DNA of 39,568 nucleotides. Source: Nitrospirota bacterium. GTDB lineage: Bacteria; Nitrospirota; Thermodesulfovibrionia; Thermodesulfovibrionales; Dissulfurispiraceae. Shown here in pieces: positions 15,337-24,085 of this stretch. The DNA is taken from the NCBI GenBank assembly GCA_040754455.1, contig JBFMCP010000029.1, forward strand, positions 1 through 39,568, in the 5' to 3' direction. Position numbers and translations under genes: made by a program. The stretch's first letter is position 1. Each line of letters opens with the position of its first letter. A model generated the notes under the pieces. It saw only the letters and a list, made by a program, of their open reading frames with translations. It had not been told where the DNA came from and did no database searches.

Positions 15337-18300
15337 ATGTCGACCATATATGATCGCTTAAAAAATCATGCAGAAGATGCCTTCAGGAGGCTGGAAGAGA
15401 GCGGGGTAAAGAGGATCTACAATCTCTCTCCGCCCCATTTCGCGCTCCTGCTCGCCTTCACCAGGGGGTCTTTCATTGTTATCGAGGATTCCGATGAACG
15501 CGCACGCGTACTCCATAACGACCTTCTGTTCTTTGCCAGGACACTGTCTGAAGCTGTTCCCTATATTGGGTATGTCCCTCCTCCGTCGAGTCCCGAATCA
15601 ATCGGAGAAAGAGCAAAGGTTCTCTTTGAGGGCATATCGCAAAGACGTGCCGGGGTTATTACTTCTCCCGAAGCCTTCCGGACAGGCTTTTCGCTTCCTG
15701 CTCTCGAAAAGTCTCTCCTGCATCTCAGGAAGGGAATGGTGATCGAGAGAGACCGGCTCCAGGAAATCCTTATCAGTCTCGGCTACCGGAAGGTGAGCGT
15801 CGTTATCGAGAGAGGGGAATTCAGCCGGAGAGAGTGGCTCTTCGATATCTATCCGGTGACCGAGGGCATGCCGGTGAGAATAGAATTCTTCGGTGATGAA
15901 ATCGACCTTATCAGGACCTTTGATATCGAGACGCAGCGCTCCGCGCAGGACATTGACGGGATGAGGATATTTCCGGCAGTCGAGCCTGAACCACAGAGCA
16001 CGATTGTCGACGAACTTTCGTACCTCTGGGATATACGGCTGTTTCTCACAGACAGCGCCGGCAATGCCCTCTATGGAAAGGAAACGGAACCTGAGATGGA
16101 GAACGGTCTCCCCGACAGAGAGCGGGCCGTTTTTATATCCCATCTGCCCTTTCTCGGAGAGGGGATCGATTCAGGCGAGCAAACGATCAAGGGCATGGGA
16201 ATACTTCCCGAGGAGCGGAAAGGCTTTGACGACATCCCCTCCGCCTTGACCGGCGCCGGCGCCCGAGTTGCGGTGGTACTGCCTTCGGAGGCCCAGGCAG
16301 AGCGCCTCAAGGAGATACTTTTCGAGCACGGAGTTGTCGCTCCGCTCATCAGGGACAGGGATGTGCGCTCTTATGGTGGCGCCGTCTGCACGGTCATCGG
16401 TAATCTCTCCTCGGGAATGTATATCGATCATCTTCTTCTCCTGACCGACCGGGAAATCTTCGGCGAACGTCCCGCCTACCGATCTCTGAAGAAGTCGAAA
16501 GCCTCTAAGATCCTCTTTACCATCGACGACCTCAAACCAGGGGACTTCGTCGTGCACAAGGACCATGGCATCGGCAAATTTGTCGGCCTGCAGCGGCAGA
16601 GGACCGACAGCTATCAGGAGGATCTCATAACAATTGAGTATGCCCAGGGAGACCGGATCTACACGCCCTTCCACAGCATCGATAAATTGCAGAAGTACAG
16701 CGCCGGGGAAGGTCATGTGCCGGTCATCGATAAACTCGGCAGCAAGAGGTGGCTGCGTACCAAGCAGCGTGTGCGGGAAAAGGTCAGGGAGATGGCCGAG
16801 AAGCTCCTCAAGCTCTATGCCGAGCGGTCGGTGGCGCGGGGCTTTACCTTCAGCGAAGATACCCCGATGCACCATGAATTCGATGACTTCTTCCCGTATG
16901 AAGAGACACCAGACCAGCTCAAGTCGATTGAGGAGATAAAGCAGCATATGCATTCGGAGCGGCCGATGGATATGCTGCTCTGCGGGGATGTGGGATACGG
17001 CAAGACCGAGGTCGCCGTACGGGCGGCCTTCAGAGCGGTGTACGACGGGAAACAGGTGGTGGTACTTGTCCCCACCACGCTCCTTGCCGAGCAGCACTAC
17101 CGTACTTTCAAGATGCGGTTTTCAGGCTTTCCCGTCACCATCGATTACCTGAGCAGGTTCAGGGACAAAAGCGAAATCAACAAATCCCTCGAGGCGCTCG
17201 CAAAGGGAGAGACGGACATCATTATCGGAACGCATATGCTCCTCGGCAAGCGGGTGCAGCTCCATGACCTCGGGCTTCTGATCATCGATGAAGAACACCG
17301 CTTCGGCGTCGCGCAAAAGGAGCGGCTGCGGGAGCTCAGGAAAGGGGTGGACACGCTCACGCTCACGGCAACGCCGATTCCCCGGACGCTCCACATGTCG
17401 CTGTCGGGCATCCGGGAGATCAGTACGATCGAGACGCCGCCCGAAGAGCGGCTCGCGGTCAGGAGCATAGTAACCGCCTTCAATGACAAAACCATCAAAG
17501 AGGCGATCGAGCGTGAGCTCAAGAGGGACGGGCAGGTCTTCTTTGTCCACAACAGGATCCACGATATCGAAAAGGTCGCCGACTACATCAAAAAGCTCGT
17601 GCCGGAGGCGAAGATTGCTGTTGCGCACGGACAGATGCAGGAGCTCGGGCTCGAAAAGATCATGCTGGGATTTCTCAACAGGACCACCAACGTGCTGGTA
17701 TGCACCGCTATCATCGGCTCAGGCATCGACATCCCGACAGCGAACACCATCATTATCGACCGGGCGGACACCTTCGGACTGGCGGATCTCTATCAGCTCA
17801 GGGGAAGGGTCGGCAGGGGCGCACTGCAGGCATATGCATATTTCCTCATTCCCGGAGAAGATATCATTACCGAGGATGCAAAGAAACGCCTGCAGGCGAT
17901 CCAGGAGATGAGCTACCTGGGAGCGGGGTTCAGGCTTGCTATGAAGGACCTCGAGATACGGGGTGCGGGAAACCTGCTCGGCCCGGAGCAGTCGGGCTAT
18001 ATCCGCGGCGTGGGGTTCGATCTGTATATGGAGATGCTCGAAAAGGCGGTCGCCGAGCTCAAGGGAGAAGAGCTGCGGGAGGAGATCGAACCGCAGATAC
18101 GGCTGAGGCTCTCGGCGTTTATTCCCGAAGAATACATTTCAGATATTACGCTCAGGCTGAGCATCTATAAGCGGATATCTTCCGCCAAAACAATGGAGGC
18201 CCTGACAGCGTTGAAGGACGAGCTCCGCGACCGCTTCGGCGCCCTGCCCGAAGAGGTCGAAAACCTCATCCATGTCATGCGGGTGAAACTGCTGACAAAG

Positions 18301-18636
18301 CGGCTCTTTATCATCAAGGTGACGGATATCGACGGAAGGTACCGTTTCTTCTTTCTCGCGGACAGTGACAACAGGTTCGGTATCCCTCCTGATTTCTTCG
18401 ACAGGCTCATCACCACGCTCTTCTCGCTCTCATCAGATGCCGGGAACAGACGAAACGGTACAAGGATCAGGTTCCTTCCCGACGGGTTCGAGCTTGATAT
18501 CCGCGATCTCGGGCAGCGTGAGGCGGTTGCACAGGTGGAGAGCACCTTATCGTTTCTTGCCGAAAGATTGCACTATAGCCGTCCGCTCTCGGCCGTCAGC
18601 GATCAGCAGTCAGAAGGAGAAAGGTTGAAAAGCTGA
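15337..18636 (+). CDS. mfd: Transcription-repair coupling factor
   Basis: CarD-like VVH.DHGIG.F.G, GDVGYGKTEVA, DEEHRFG, TATPIPRTL, QLRGRVGR, DLEIRGAGNLLG, TRCF domain. Confidence 0.98.
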   Translation: MSTIYDRLKNHAEDAFRRLEESGVKRIYNLSPPHFALLLAFTRGSFIVIEDSDERARVLHNDLLFFARTLSEAVPYIGYVPPPSSPESIGERAKVLFEGISQRRAGVITSPEAFRTGFSLPALEKSLLHLRKGMVIERDRLQEILISLGYRKVSVVIERGEFSRREWLFDIYPVTEGMPVRIEFFGDEIDLIRTFDIETQRSAQDIDGMRIFPAVEPEPQSTIVDELSYLWDIRLFLTDSAGNALYGKETEPEMENGLPDRERAVFISHLPFLGEGIDSGEQTIKGMGILPEERKGFDDIPSALTGAGARVAVVLPSEAQAERLKEILFEHGVVAPLIRDRDVRSYGGAVCTVIGNLSSGMYIDHLLLLTDREIFGERPAYRSLKKSKASKILFTIDDLKPGDFVVHKDHGIGKFVGLQRQRTDSYQEDLITIEYAQGDRIYTPFHSIDKLQKYSAGEGHVPVIDKLGSKRWLRTKQRVREKVREMAEKLLKLYAERSVARGFTFSEDTPMHHEFDDFFPYEETPDQLKSIEEIKQHMHSERPMDMLLCGDVGYGKTEVAVRAAFRAVYDGKQVVVLVPTTLLAEQHYRTFKMRFSGFPVTIDYLSRFRDKSEINKSLEALAKGETDIIIGTHMLLGKRVQLHDLGLLIIDEEHRFGVAQKERLRELRKGVDTLTLTATPIPRTLHMSLSGIREISTIETPPEERLAVRSIVTAFNDKTIKEAIERELKRDGQVFFVHNRIHDIEKVADYIKKLVPEAKIAVAHGQMQELGLEKIMLGFLNRTTNVLVCTAIIGSGIDIPTANTIIIDRADTFGLADLYQLRGRVGRGALQAYAYFLIPGEDIITEDAKKRLQAIQEMSYLGAGFRLAMKDLEIRGAGNLLGPEQSGYIRGVGFDLYMEMLEKAVAELKGEELREEIEPQIRLRLSAFIPEEYISDITLRLSIYKRISSAKTMEALTALKDELRDRFGALPEEVENLIHVMRVKLLTKRLFIIKVTDIDGRYRFFFLADSDNRFGIPPDFFDRLITTLFSLSSDAGNRRNGTRIRFLPDGFELDIRDLGQREAVAQVESTLSFLAERLHYSRPLSAVSDQQSEGERLKS

Positions 18637-18669
18637 AGGCTGACAGAGGAGAGCCGATCGCCGGCTGCT
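18576..18669. repeat. Heptamer-armed hairpin overlapping the 3' end of mfd
   Basis: Left arm TAGCCGT CCGCTCT CGGCCGT CAGCGAT CAGCAGT CAG; right arm AAGCTGA AGGCTGA CAGAGGA GAGCCGA TCGCCGG CTGCT. Confidence 0.7.
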
Positions 18670-18686
18670 CAATATGCGTTCCGGTA

Positions 18687-18716
18687 TTGCCTCTGCATAA
18701 TCGAATGGTATAAACT
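18687..18716 (+). promoter_or_regulatory. Sigma70 promoter, probably leaderless
   Basis: TTGCCT-N18-TAAACT, then 6 nt to ATG 18723; no Shine-Dalgarno sequence. Confidence 0.5.
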
Positions 18717-18722
18717 GACGGC

Positions 18723-19433
18723 ATGCACATAACAATTATCACGCTGCTCTTACTGTCGTTCTTCCTCGCGAGCGGCTGTGCCACGGTGACCGTCGAGGAG
18801 CATCAGGAAGCAGAATACCACTACAAGATGGGGATATCCCATTTGAATGAAGGCAATATTCAGATGGCCTTTGTGCAGCTCCAGAAATCGCTGCAGCTCG
18901 ACCCTGACAACAAAGAGACGCTCCACAGCCTGGGGCTGGTATACCTGCAGCTTGAGGAATACGACAACGCCCGGGAGCTCTTTCTCAAGGCGATAGCAGC
19001 GGACCGGCATTTTTCCGATGCCCACAACAGCCTGGGTTTTACCTATATGAAGCTCGGCAAGTGGCAGGAGGCCGTCGCATCGTTCAAGCAGGCACTGGCA
19101 AATCCTCTCTATCAAACGCCGGAAAAGGCCTTCTATAATCTCGGAATCGCCTATTATCGCCAGGAGCAGTTTGATGCCGCCCTCGATGCCTTCAAGTCAG
19201 CACTGAAGAGAACGCCCTCCTTCACCCCTCCCTTCTATGGCCTTGCCCTTGTGTATAACAAGCTGGGCCGCTACGGAGATGCCGCTGCAGCAATGGATCG
19301 GGCAATCGATGCCGACCCTGTCTACAAAGGTGATAAAAAGAGATTCCAGAGTGATGTAAGAGAGCGGCTGGTAGCGGCAAAGGGATTCGACGAAAAGGAT
19401 CTGCGGGACTATCTCGAAATATCAAAGTATTAG
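18723..19433 (+). CDS. TPR lipoprotein, PilF/PilW (Tgl)-like pilotin
   Basis: Lipobox ASGC; tandem TPRs; ALANPLYQTPEKAFYNLG is typical of PilF/PilW. Confidence 0.8.
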   Translation: MHITIITLLLLSFFLASGCATVTVEEHQEAEYHYKMGISHLNEGNIQMAFVQLQKSLQLDPDNKETLHSLGLVYLQLEEYDNARELFLKAIAADRHFSDAHNSLGFTYMKLGKWQEAVASFKQALANPLYQTPEKAFYNLGIAYYRQEQFDAALDAFKSALKRTPSFTPPFYGLALVYNKLGRYGDAAAAMDRAIDADPVYKGDKKRFQSDVRERLVAAKGFDEKDLRDYLEISKY

Positions 19434-19445
19434 GGAGTGTATGAC

Positions 19446-19925
19446 TCAGGGCTTGTACTTTATGGCAATGTCGTAATCGATAGAGGCGTGATCCTTGGGG
19501 AGCGCCTTGTTCTTTCCCTTGCACTGAAGCGTACCCTTTCCCACCTTTTTGCGGCCCTTGAGCATCGAAGTAATGATGGGGGTCAAATCGAATCCTCCGC
19601 CCTCGCAATCCTTGATCATACAAGCCATGTGGAAGTTGAGCTGGCTCCAGGGGAAGACGTTCACGGTACGCACCATGAGAACGGGATTTGCCCCTTTCTG
19701 GTAGTACGTCATATGGATAACCATACCGGCAACTTTAGGGAACTTTTCAGCGACAGTAGGTCCCGGTGGTGGCAATTTCTGTTGTTTATCATGGTCTTTT
19801 TTGGAGACATGTTTGGGCATCAGGCCCTGTTTGGCTGCTGACCGCTGCTTGGGCAAAGGAACCTGTTTCGCCGTAGAGGCCTGTTTCGCCGCTGTCTTTG
19901 TTTTTTTATTTGTCTTGCTCACCAT
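19446..19925 (-). CDS. Hypothetical protein with a basic repeat N-terminus and a Cys/His C-terminal domain
   Basis: Probable start ATG 19925 (MVSKTNKK); C-x4-C..GGFDL...C...H pattern; convergent with the PilF-like gene. Confidence 0.75.
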   Translation of the reverse strand: MVSKTNKKTKTAAKQASTAKQVPLPKQRSAAKQGLMPKHVSKKDHDKQQKLPPPGPTVAEKFPKVAGMVIHMTYYQKGANPVLMVRTVNVFPWSQLNFHMACMIKDCEGGGFDLTPIITSMLKGRKKVGKGTLQCKGKNKALPKDHASIDYDIAIKYKP

Positions 19926-19939
19926 TGCGCAGTTTCGAA

Positions 19940-19971
19940 TAAAAAAACCACAAAGCACAACCTCTTTGTGG
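19940..19971 (-). terminator. Intrinsic terminator / attenuator hairpin
   Basis: Minus strand CCACAAAG-AGGTTGTG-CTTTGTGG followed by TTTTTTT. Confidence 0.7.
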
Positions 19972-20119
19972 CCTTGTAAGTCCAAAAATTCTTATACTTC
20001 AAAAGGATAATGACATAGTTCAGGAGGGAAAGTCAATAGCAAAAAAAATGACGGGGAGAAAAGGTATCGGACAGCTTAACCTATTGTTTTTTAAAGAGCT
20101 ATGGCGTGAAGCAGCGAAA

Positions 20120-20194
20120 TGGAGGCGACGAGCGGATTCGAACCGCTGAATAAAGGTTTTGCAGACCTCTCCCTTGCCACTTGGGTACGTCGCC
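20120..20194 (-). tRNA. tRNA-Cys (GCA)
   Basis: GGCGACGTACCCAAGTGGCAAGGGAGAGGTCTGCAAAACCTTTATTCAGCGGTTCGAATCCGCTCGTCGCCTCCA; cloverleaf with encoded CCA. Confidence 0.97.
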
Positions 20195-20206
20195 GATTTA
20201 TGCTAT

Positions 20207-20279
20207 GCGTACAGCGTACAGCGTTATAGCGTGAAGTGAAGAGAATTCTGTTGCGCTACAACTCGATGAACGCTATAAC
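20207..20279. repeat. Short tandem plus inverted repeat in the tRNA spacer
   Basis: GCGTACA GCGTACA GCGTTAT; GTTATAGCGT (20223-20232) pairs with ACGCTATAAC (20270-20279). Confidence 0.55.
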
Positions 20280-20294
20280 CCTCTAGCGTGTTTA

Positions 20295-20370
20295 TGGAGC
20301 GGGCGACGGGATTCGAACCCGCGACCCCAACCTTGGCAAGGTTGTGCTCTACCAGCTGAGCTACACCCGC
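20295..20370 (-). tRNA. tRNA-Gly (GCC)
   Basis: GCGGGTGTAGCTCAGCTGGTAGAGCACAACCTTGCCAAGGTTGGGGTCGCGGGTTCGAATCCCGTCGCCCGCTCCA. Confidence 0.98.
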
Positions 20371-20445
20371 AATTGCTGATATCCGCTTCCCTTAATAGTA
20401 CAGTATGGCGCGTCTACTACCCGGAAAGGCCTATCAAGAAAATTA

Positions 20446-22449
20446 TCATAATTCGGGCAGTTGTGTCAATGAGCGGGAAGGATCGGTAGTGCCGGACGGC
20501 GTAGGAGAGACATTCCCCTCAAAATGGCGGACATACTTTTTAAGCAAATCTTTGATTTTCCGTTCCTCGCCTGTCAGTGACCCGTTGAGCACCACAGTGA
20601 ACTCCCTCAGAATTCCTTCGATCTCCTCCTTCGAATACCTTTCCCTATTGTTTGCTATAAATACCTTCTCGTGCTTGCTCGCGGAAGTCCCTTCCTCCGC
20701 CGTCAGAATCTCCTCGAAGAGCTTTTCTCCGGGCCTGAGACCGACAAATTCGAGATCAACATCCTTGTATGGTTCCATGCCGTGAATTCGTATGAGTTCT
20801 TCAGCCAGATCGACAATCCTGATCGGCTCTCCCATATCGAGGACAAGCACCTCGCCCCCGGCGCCGATCACCGATGCCTGGAGGACCAGAGAGACCGCCT
20901 CCGGTATGGTCATGAAGTAGCGCTGCATATCCTTGTGGGTCACGGTAAGGGGACCGCCGTGTTTCAGCTGTTCGAGGAACAGTGGCAGGACGCTCCCCCT
21001 GCTGCCGAGGACATTGCCGAACCTCACCGATACAAATTCCGTCTTTGCGTGCTGAGCGCTGGGAGCCGAATGCCGAGAGCTGTTGTTAAATGCCTTGCAG
21101 ATGTATTCGGCCATTCTTTTTGTTGCCCCCATAATGCTGGTCGGCCGCACCGCCTTATCAGTCGAGATCATGATGAACTTCTTTACTCCGTACTCCACCG
21201 AGGCCTTTGCGAGCACATAGGTGCCGAACATATTGACCTTCACCGCTTCCTTCGGATTGTACTCCATCATGGGGACATGCTTGTAAGCGGCGGCATGGAA
21301 AAGAATCTCGGGCGCGAAGGCCTCCAGCACCTCCGCAACTCTCCTCCCATCCCTTACATCTCCGGCAACAAAGTGCATTCTCTCTATAAGGTAAGGAAAG
21401 CTCTTCTGCAATTTGAGATGCATGTTATGCAGTGCCGTCTCGTCGATATCGAAGAGAATCACCTTCCGCGGATGAAAGGCGCATACCTGATTCGTTATCT
21501 CGGACCCGATGGAGCCGCCTGCTCCGGTGATGAGAATGATCTTATCTTTGAGGAAAGCCTCAATCTCACCAAAATCGACCGCCACTGCCTGGCGTCCGAT
21601 AAGGTCTTCGATACTGATCTCCTCAAGGCTCTTCAGATTGATATCCGGCTTGTGGAAGTCGTAAATACGGGGGACTATCTTGATCGTTCCGACGTCAGAT
21701 TCTTTCGCAGCATTATAGATATTTTTTAGTGTCTTATGGCTCAATGAGGGGATCGCAATGATCACTGCCTCTGCACTGTATGCTGCGACTTTCCTTTTCA
21801 GCGCTTCAGTTGTCCCTACTACCTTTACGCCATGCAAATAGGTCCCGATTTTCTTTCTATCGTCATCGAGCAACGCTACAGGATAGAACTCAGAGAACTT
21901 CTGTTTGACCATATCTCGAAGAATCATCTCTCCCGTGTTCCCCGCACCGACGATAATAGTCCTTTTCCCCTCCCCCGACAGCCTTCTTTTGATGATCACT
22001 TCGAGATAGAGCCTCTTGGAAATTCTCAGCGCCGAGAGCAGAAGAAGTGAGATAATGCCGTCTATAAGAAAAATGCTTCGTGGAAAACCACCAAGATGAG
22101 ATAAAGATATAAAACGGAGGCTTTCAGGGACCGGGATCAGAATCAAAGCCATGAGTACAGAGTTGGCAACAATGAGTGCATTGACGATATTGCAGAGGTC
22201 GTTGATGCCGACGTAGCGCCAGGTAATTCGATACATTCTGAAAAGAGCAAATGCACTTATTTTAATGGCAATGAAGAAAGGCAACACTTCAAAAAAGAGC
22301 TTTCGGTATTGGCTGTTCACGATGAAATCGAAGCGGAGGAGAAAGGAAAGATAGAGTGATGAGGCAATGATCAAAACATCAGAGAGAAAGAAGAAAAGGA
22401 ATCTTCTGAAATAAGTGGGACGCAGAAGGTCCTGCACATAGCGTTTCAT
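20446..22449 (-). CDS. Membrane-bound UDP-GlcNAc 4,6-dehydratase (CapD/WbpM/PglF family)
   Basis: N-terminal TM helices, GAG..G, ITGAGGSIGSE, HAAAYKHVP.ME, STDKAV.PT..MGATKR, RFGNVLGSRGSV, GLRPGEKL. Confidence 0.95.
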   Translation of the reverse strand: MKRYVQDLLRPTYFRRFLFFFLSDVLIIASSLYLSFLLRFDFIVNSQYRKLFFEVLPFFIAIKISAFALFRMYRITWRYVGINDLCNIVNALIVANSVLMALILIPVPESLRFISLSHLGGFPRSIFLIDGIISLLLLSALRISKRLYLEVIIKRRLSGEGKRTIIVGAGNTGEMILRDMVKQKFSEFYPVALLDDDRKKIGTYLHGVKVVGTTEALKRKVAAYSAEAVIIAIPSLSHKTLKNIYNAAKESDVGTIKIVPRIYDFHKPDINLKSLEEISIEDLIGRQAVAVDFGEIEAFLKDKIILITGAGGSIGSEITNQVCAFHPRKVILFDIDETALHNMHLKLQKSFPYLIERMHFVAGDVRDGRRVAEVLEAFAPEILFHAAAYKHVPMMEYNPKEAVKVNMFGTYVLAKASVEYGVKKFIMISTDKAVRPTSIMGATKRMAEYICKAFNNSSRHSAPSAQHAKTEFVSVRFGNVLGSRGSVLPLFLEQLKHGGPLTVTHKDMQRYFMTIPEAVSLVLQASVIGAGGEVLVLDMGEPIRIVDLAEELIRIHGMEPYKDVDLEFVGLRPGEKLFEEILTAEEGTSASKHEKVFIANNRERYSKEEIEGILREFTVVLNGSLTGEERKIKDLLKKYVRHFEGNVSPTPSGTTDPSRSLTQLPEL
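21048..21082. repeat. Heptamer tandem array inside the CapD-family coding sequence
   Basis: Coding strand CAGCTCT CGGCATT CGGCTCC CAGCGCT CAGCACG (5 x 7 nt), translated as SSRHSAPSAQH. Confidence 0.7.
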
Positions 22450-23057
22450 CAGTGTTGTACCCCCTCACTGCGGGCGACCTTGAAAAAAGTCATCCACAAT
22501 ATTTTAAGATCCAGTAGAAATGAACGATTCTTCAAATAGTATTCGTCATATGCTACCTTTACCGGAATCGGAAGCTCATCCCTGCCATTGACCTGAGCCC
22601 AGCCGGTGAGTCCGGGTATGAGCTTGTGAATCCCCCTTTCAGTTCTTAGTGCTATTAAGTCATCCTGATTAAACAATGCAGGACGCGGACCGACAAAGCT
22701 CATATCGCCCTTAAGAATGCTGAAAAGTTGCGGCAACTCGTCCAAGCTCGATTTTCTCAGAAAACCTCCTATCGGGGTCAGGAACTGATCAGGGTTCTTC
22801 AAAAGATGTGTCGCGACCGGAGGGGTGTCTATCCTCATAGTCCGGAATTTAGGCATTTTAAAAATCATATTGTTAATCCCTACTCTATCGGACCAATAGA
22901 GGACCGGGCCGCGGGAGGTCAGCTTTACCAGCACCGCAATAAAGGACATGGGCACACTGAGAAACAGCAGCAGCGCCAATGCCACGGAGAAATCGAACAA
23001 ACGCTTCATCGCTTTAATAGCGGAATGCGTGGATGCATTCCGAGAATGAGCGATCAT
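22449..23057 (-). CDS. Monotopic sugar (phosphoglycosyl) transferase, initiating
   Basis: KRLFD, KFRTM, LRKSSLDELPQL, GDMSFVGPRP, PGLTGWAQVNGR; alternative start at 23009 (MKRLFD). Confidence 0.93.
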   Translation of the reverse strand: MIAHSRNASTHSAIKAMKRLFDFSVALALLLFLSVPMSFIAVLVKLTSRGPVLYWSDRVGINNMIFKMPKFRTMRIDTPPVATHLLKNPDQFLTPIGGFLRKSSLDELPQLFSILKGDMSFVGPRPALFNQDDLIALRTERGIHKLIPGLTGWAQVNGRDELPIPVKVAYDEYYLKNRSFLLDLKILWMTFFKVARSEGVQH

Positions 23058-23137
23058 ACTCTGCCTTGTCTGACTTCCTCTTCCTCATTCCATTGGACGC
23101 TCTAAGTATTACCATCTTAAAAATCAAACGTTGCTCC

Positions 23138-24085
23138 CTATCTTCTCAAGAACCACTCCGCCGTATGCTTCAATCCCTCATCTACGGTGAACGGTGGCGT
23201 CCAGTTCAATTCAGTGCGAATCTTTGAGTTATCAATTCTTAAAGAATCTGCAAGTCGTTTTATCTCGTCTGACCTTCCGGTAATGGCTCCGGCAAGGCGC
23301 AGCAACGAGGAAGGAAAGGGAACGAGATGAGCTGGTTTATTCAAGGCTGATGCCAACCGTCTGATCAACTCCGGCGTGGACAAATCCTCTCCATCACTTA
23401 CTAAAAATACCTTGTTTGCAGCAGAAGGGTGTTGAACGCACCTCACTATTGCATCGACCAGGTTGCCGATATAGATAAGACTTCTTGAGTTCCTTACCCG
23501 ACCGAGTGGAAGGGGGATGCCGGCATCAATTAGTTCTAATAGTTTGAAGAAGTTGGCACTAACCCCCGGTCCGTAGACAAGAGGAGGCCTGAGTACTACA
23601 ACCTCAAGCCCGGTTTTCTGTGCTATTTCTCGAAGCGATTGCTCGGCCTCGAGCTTCGAAATTGCGTAAGCATCCTGTGGATTCGGTTCATCACTCTCGG
23701 TAAAGGGGATATTGTTTGTTTGCTCGCCGTTTACCTTTATTGTGCTCACATAAACCAGGCGGCGAACGCCTGATTCAGCGGCTTTACGAGCAAGCCGGTA
23801 CGTGCCCTCTGCGTTGACACGCCGATATTCACCAAGGGAATCAAGAGAAGCATCTTTCATCACGTGGACACGCGCGGCAAGATGGACCACAGTATCTATG
23901 CCCTGCAATGCCTCTTCCCATTTTGTGTCACGCCCTATATCGCCTATACTAATCAGATCATCATGGAAAGATGACGCATTTTCTCGTTTCCTTACCGCTC
24001 CTCTCACAGAGAGCCCGGCGTCAAAGAGCACTTTGCACAGCGCTCTTCCCACAAAGCCATTGGCACCAGTAATAAGTATCTTCAT
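23138..24085 (-). CDS. NAD-dependent epimerase/reductase (WbpV-like)
   Basis: ITGANGFVG, HLAARVHVM, YAISK, RPPLVYGPGV. Confidence 0.9.
   Translation of the reverse strand: MKILITGANGFVGRALCKVLFDAGLSVRGAVRKRENASSFHDDLISIGDIGRDTKWEEALQGIDTVVHLAARVHVMKDASLDSLGEYRRVNAEGTYRLARKAAESGVRRLVYVSTIKVNGEQTNNIPFTESDEPNPQDAYAISKLEAEQSLREIAQKTGLEVVVLRPPLVYGPGVSANFFKLLELIDAGIPLPLGRVRNSRSLIYIGNLVDAIVRCVQHPSAANKVFLVSDGEDLSTPELIRRLASALNKPAHLVPFPSSLLRLAGAITGRSDEIKRLADSLRIDNSKIRTELNWTPPFTVDEGLKHTAEWFLRR

Noticed and set aside
13431..18669. Heptamer elements as a CRISPR array
   Set aside because: No identical 23-50 nt repeats with regular unique spacers, no cas genes, and the copies are dispersed.
19437..19841. 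134-aa plus-strand ORF after the PilF-like gene
   Set aside because: It is antisense to the Cys/His hypothetical, which has the more protein-like pattern.
20120..20370. tRNAs as the integration site of the polysaccharide locus
   Set aside because: The locus lies on the 5' side of the tRNAs, and no integrase or duplicated tRNA 3' end was seen.
23010..23057. GCATTC-like short repeats in the N-terminal extension of the sugar transferase
   Set aside because: Too few and too degenerate to call; the real start may be at 23009.
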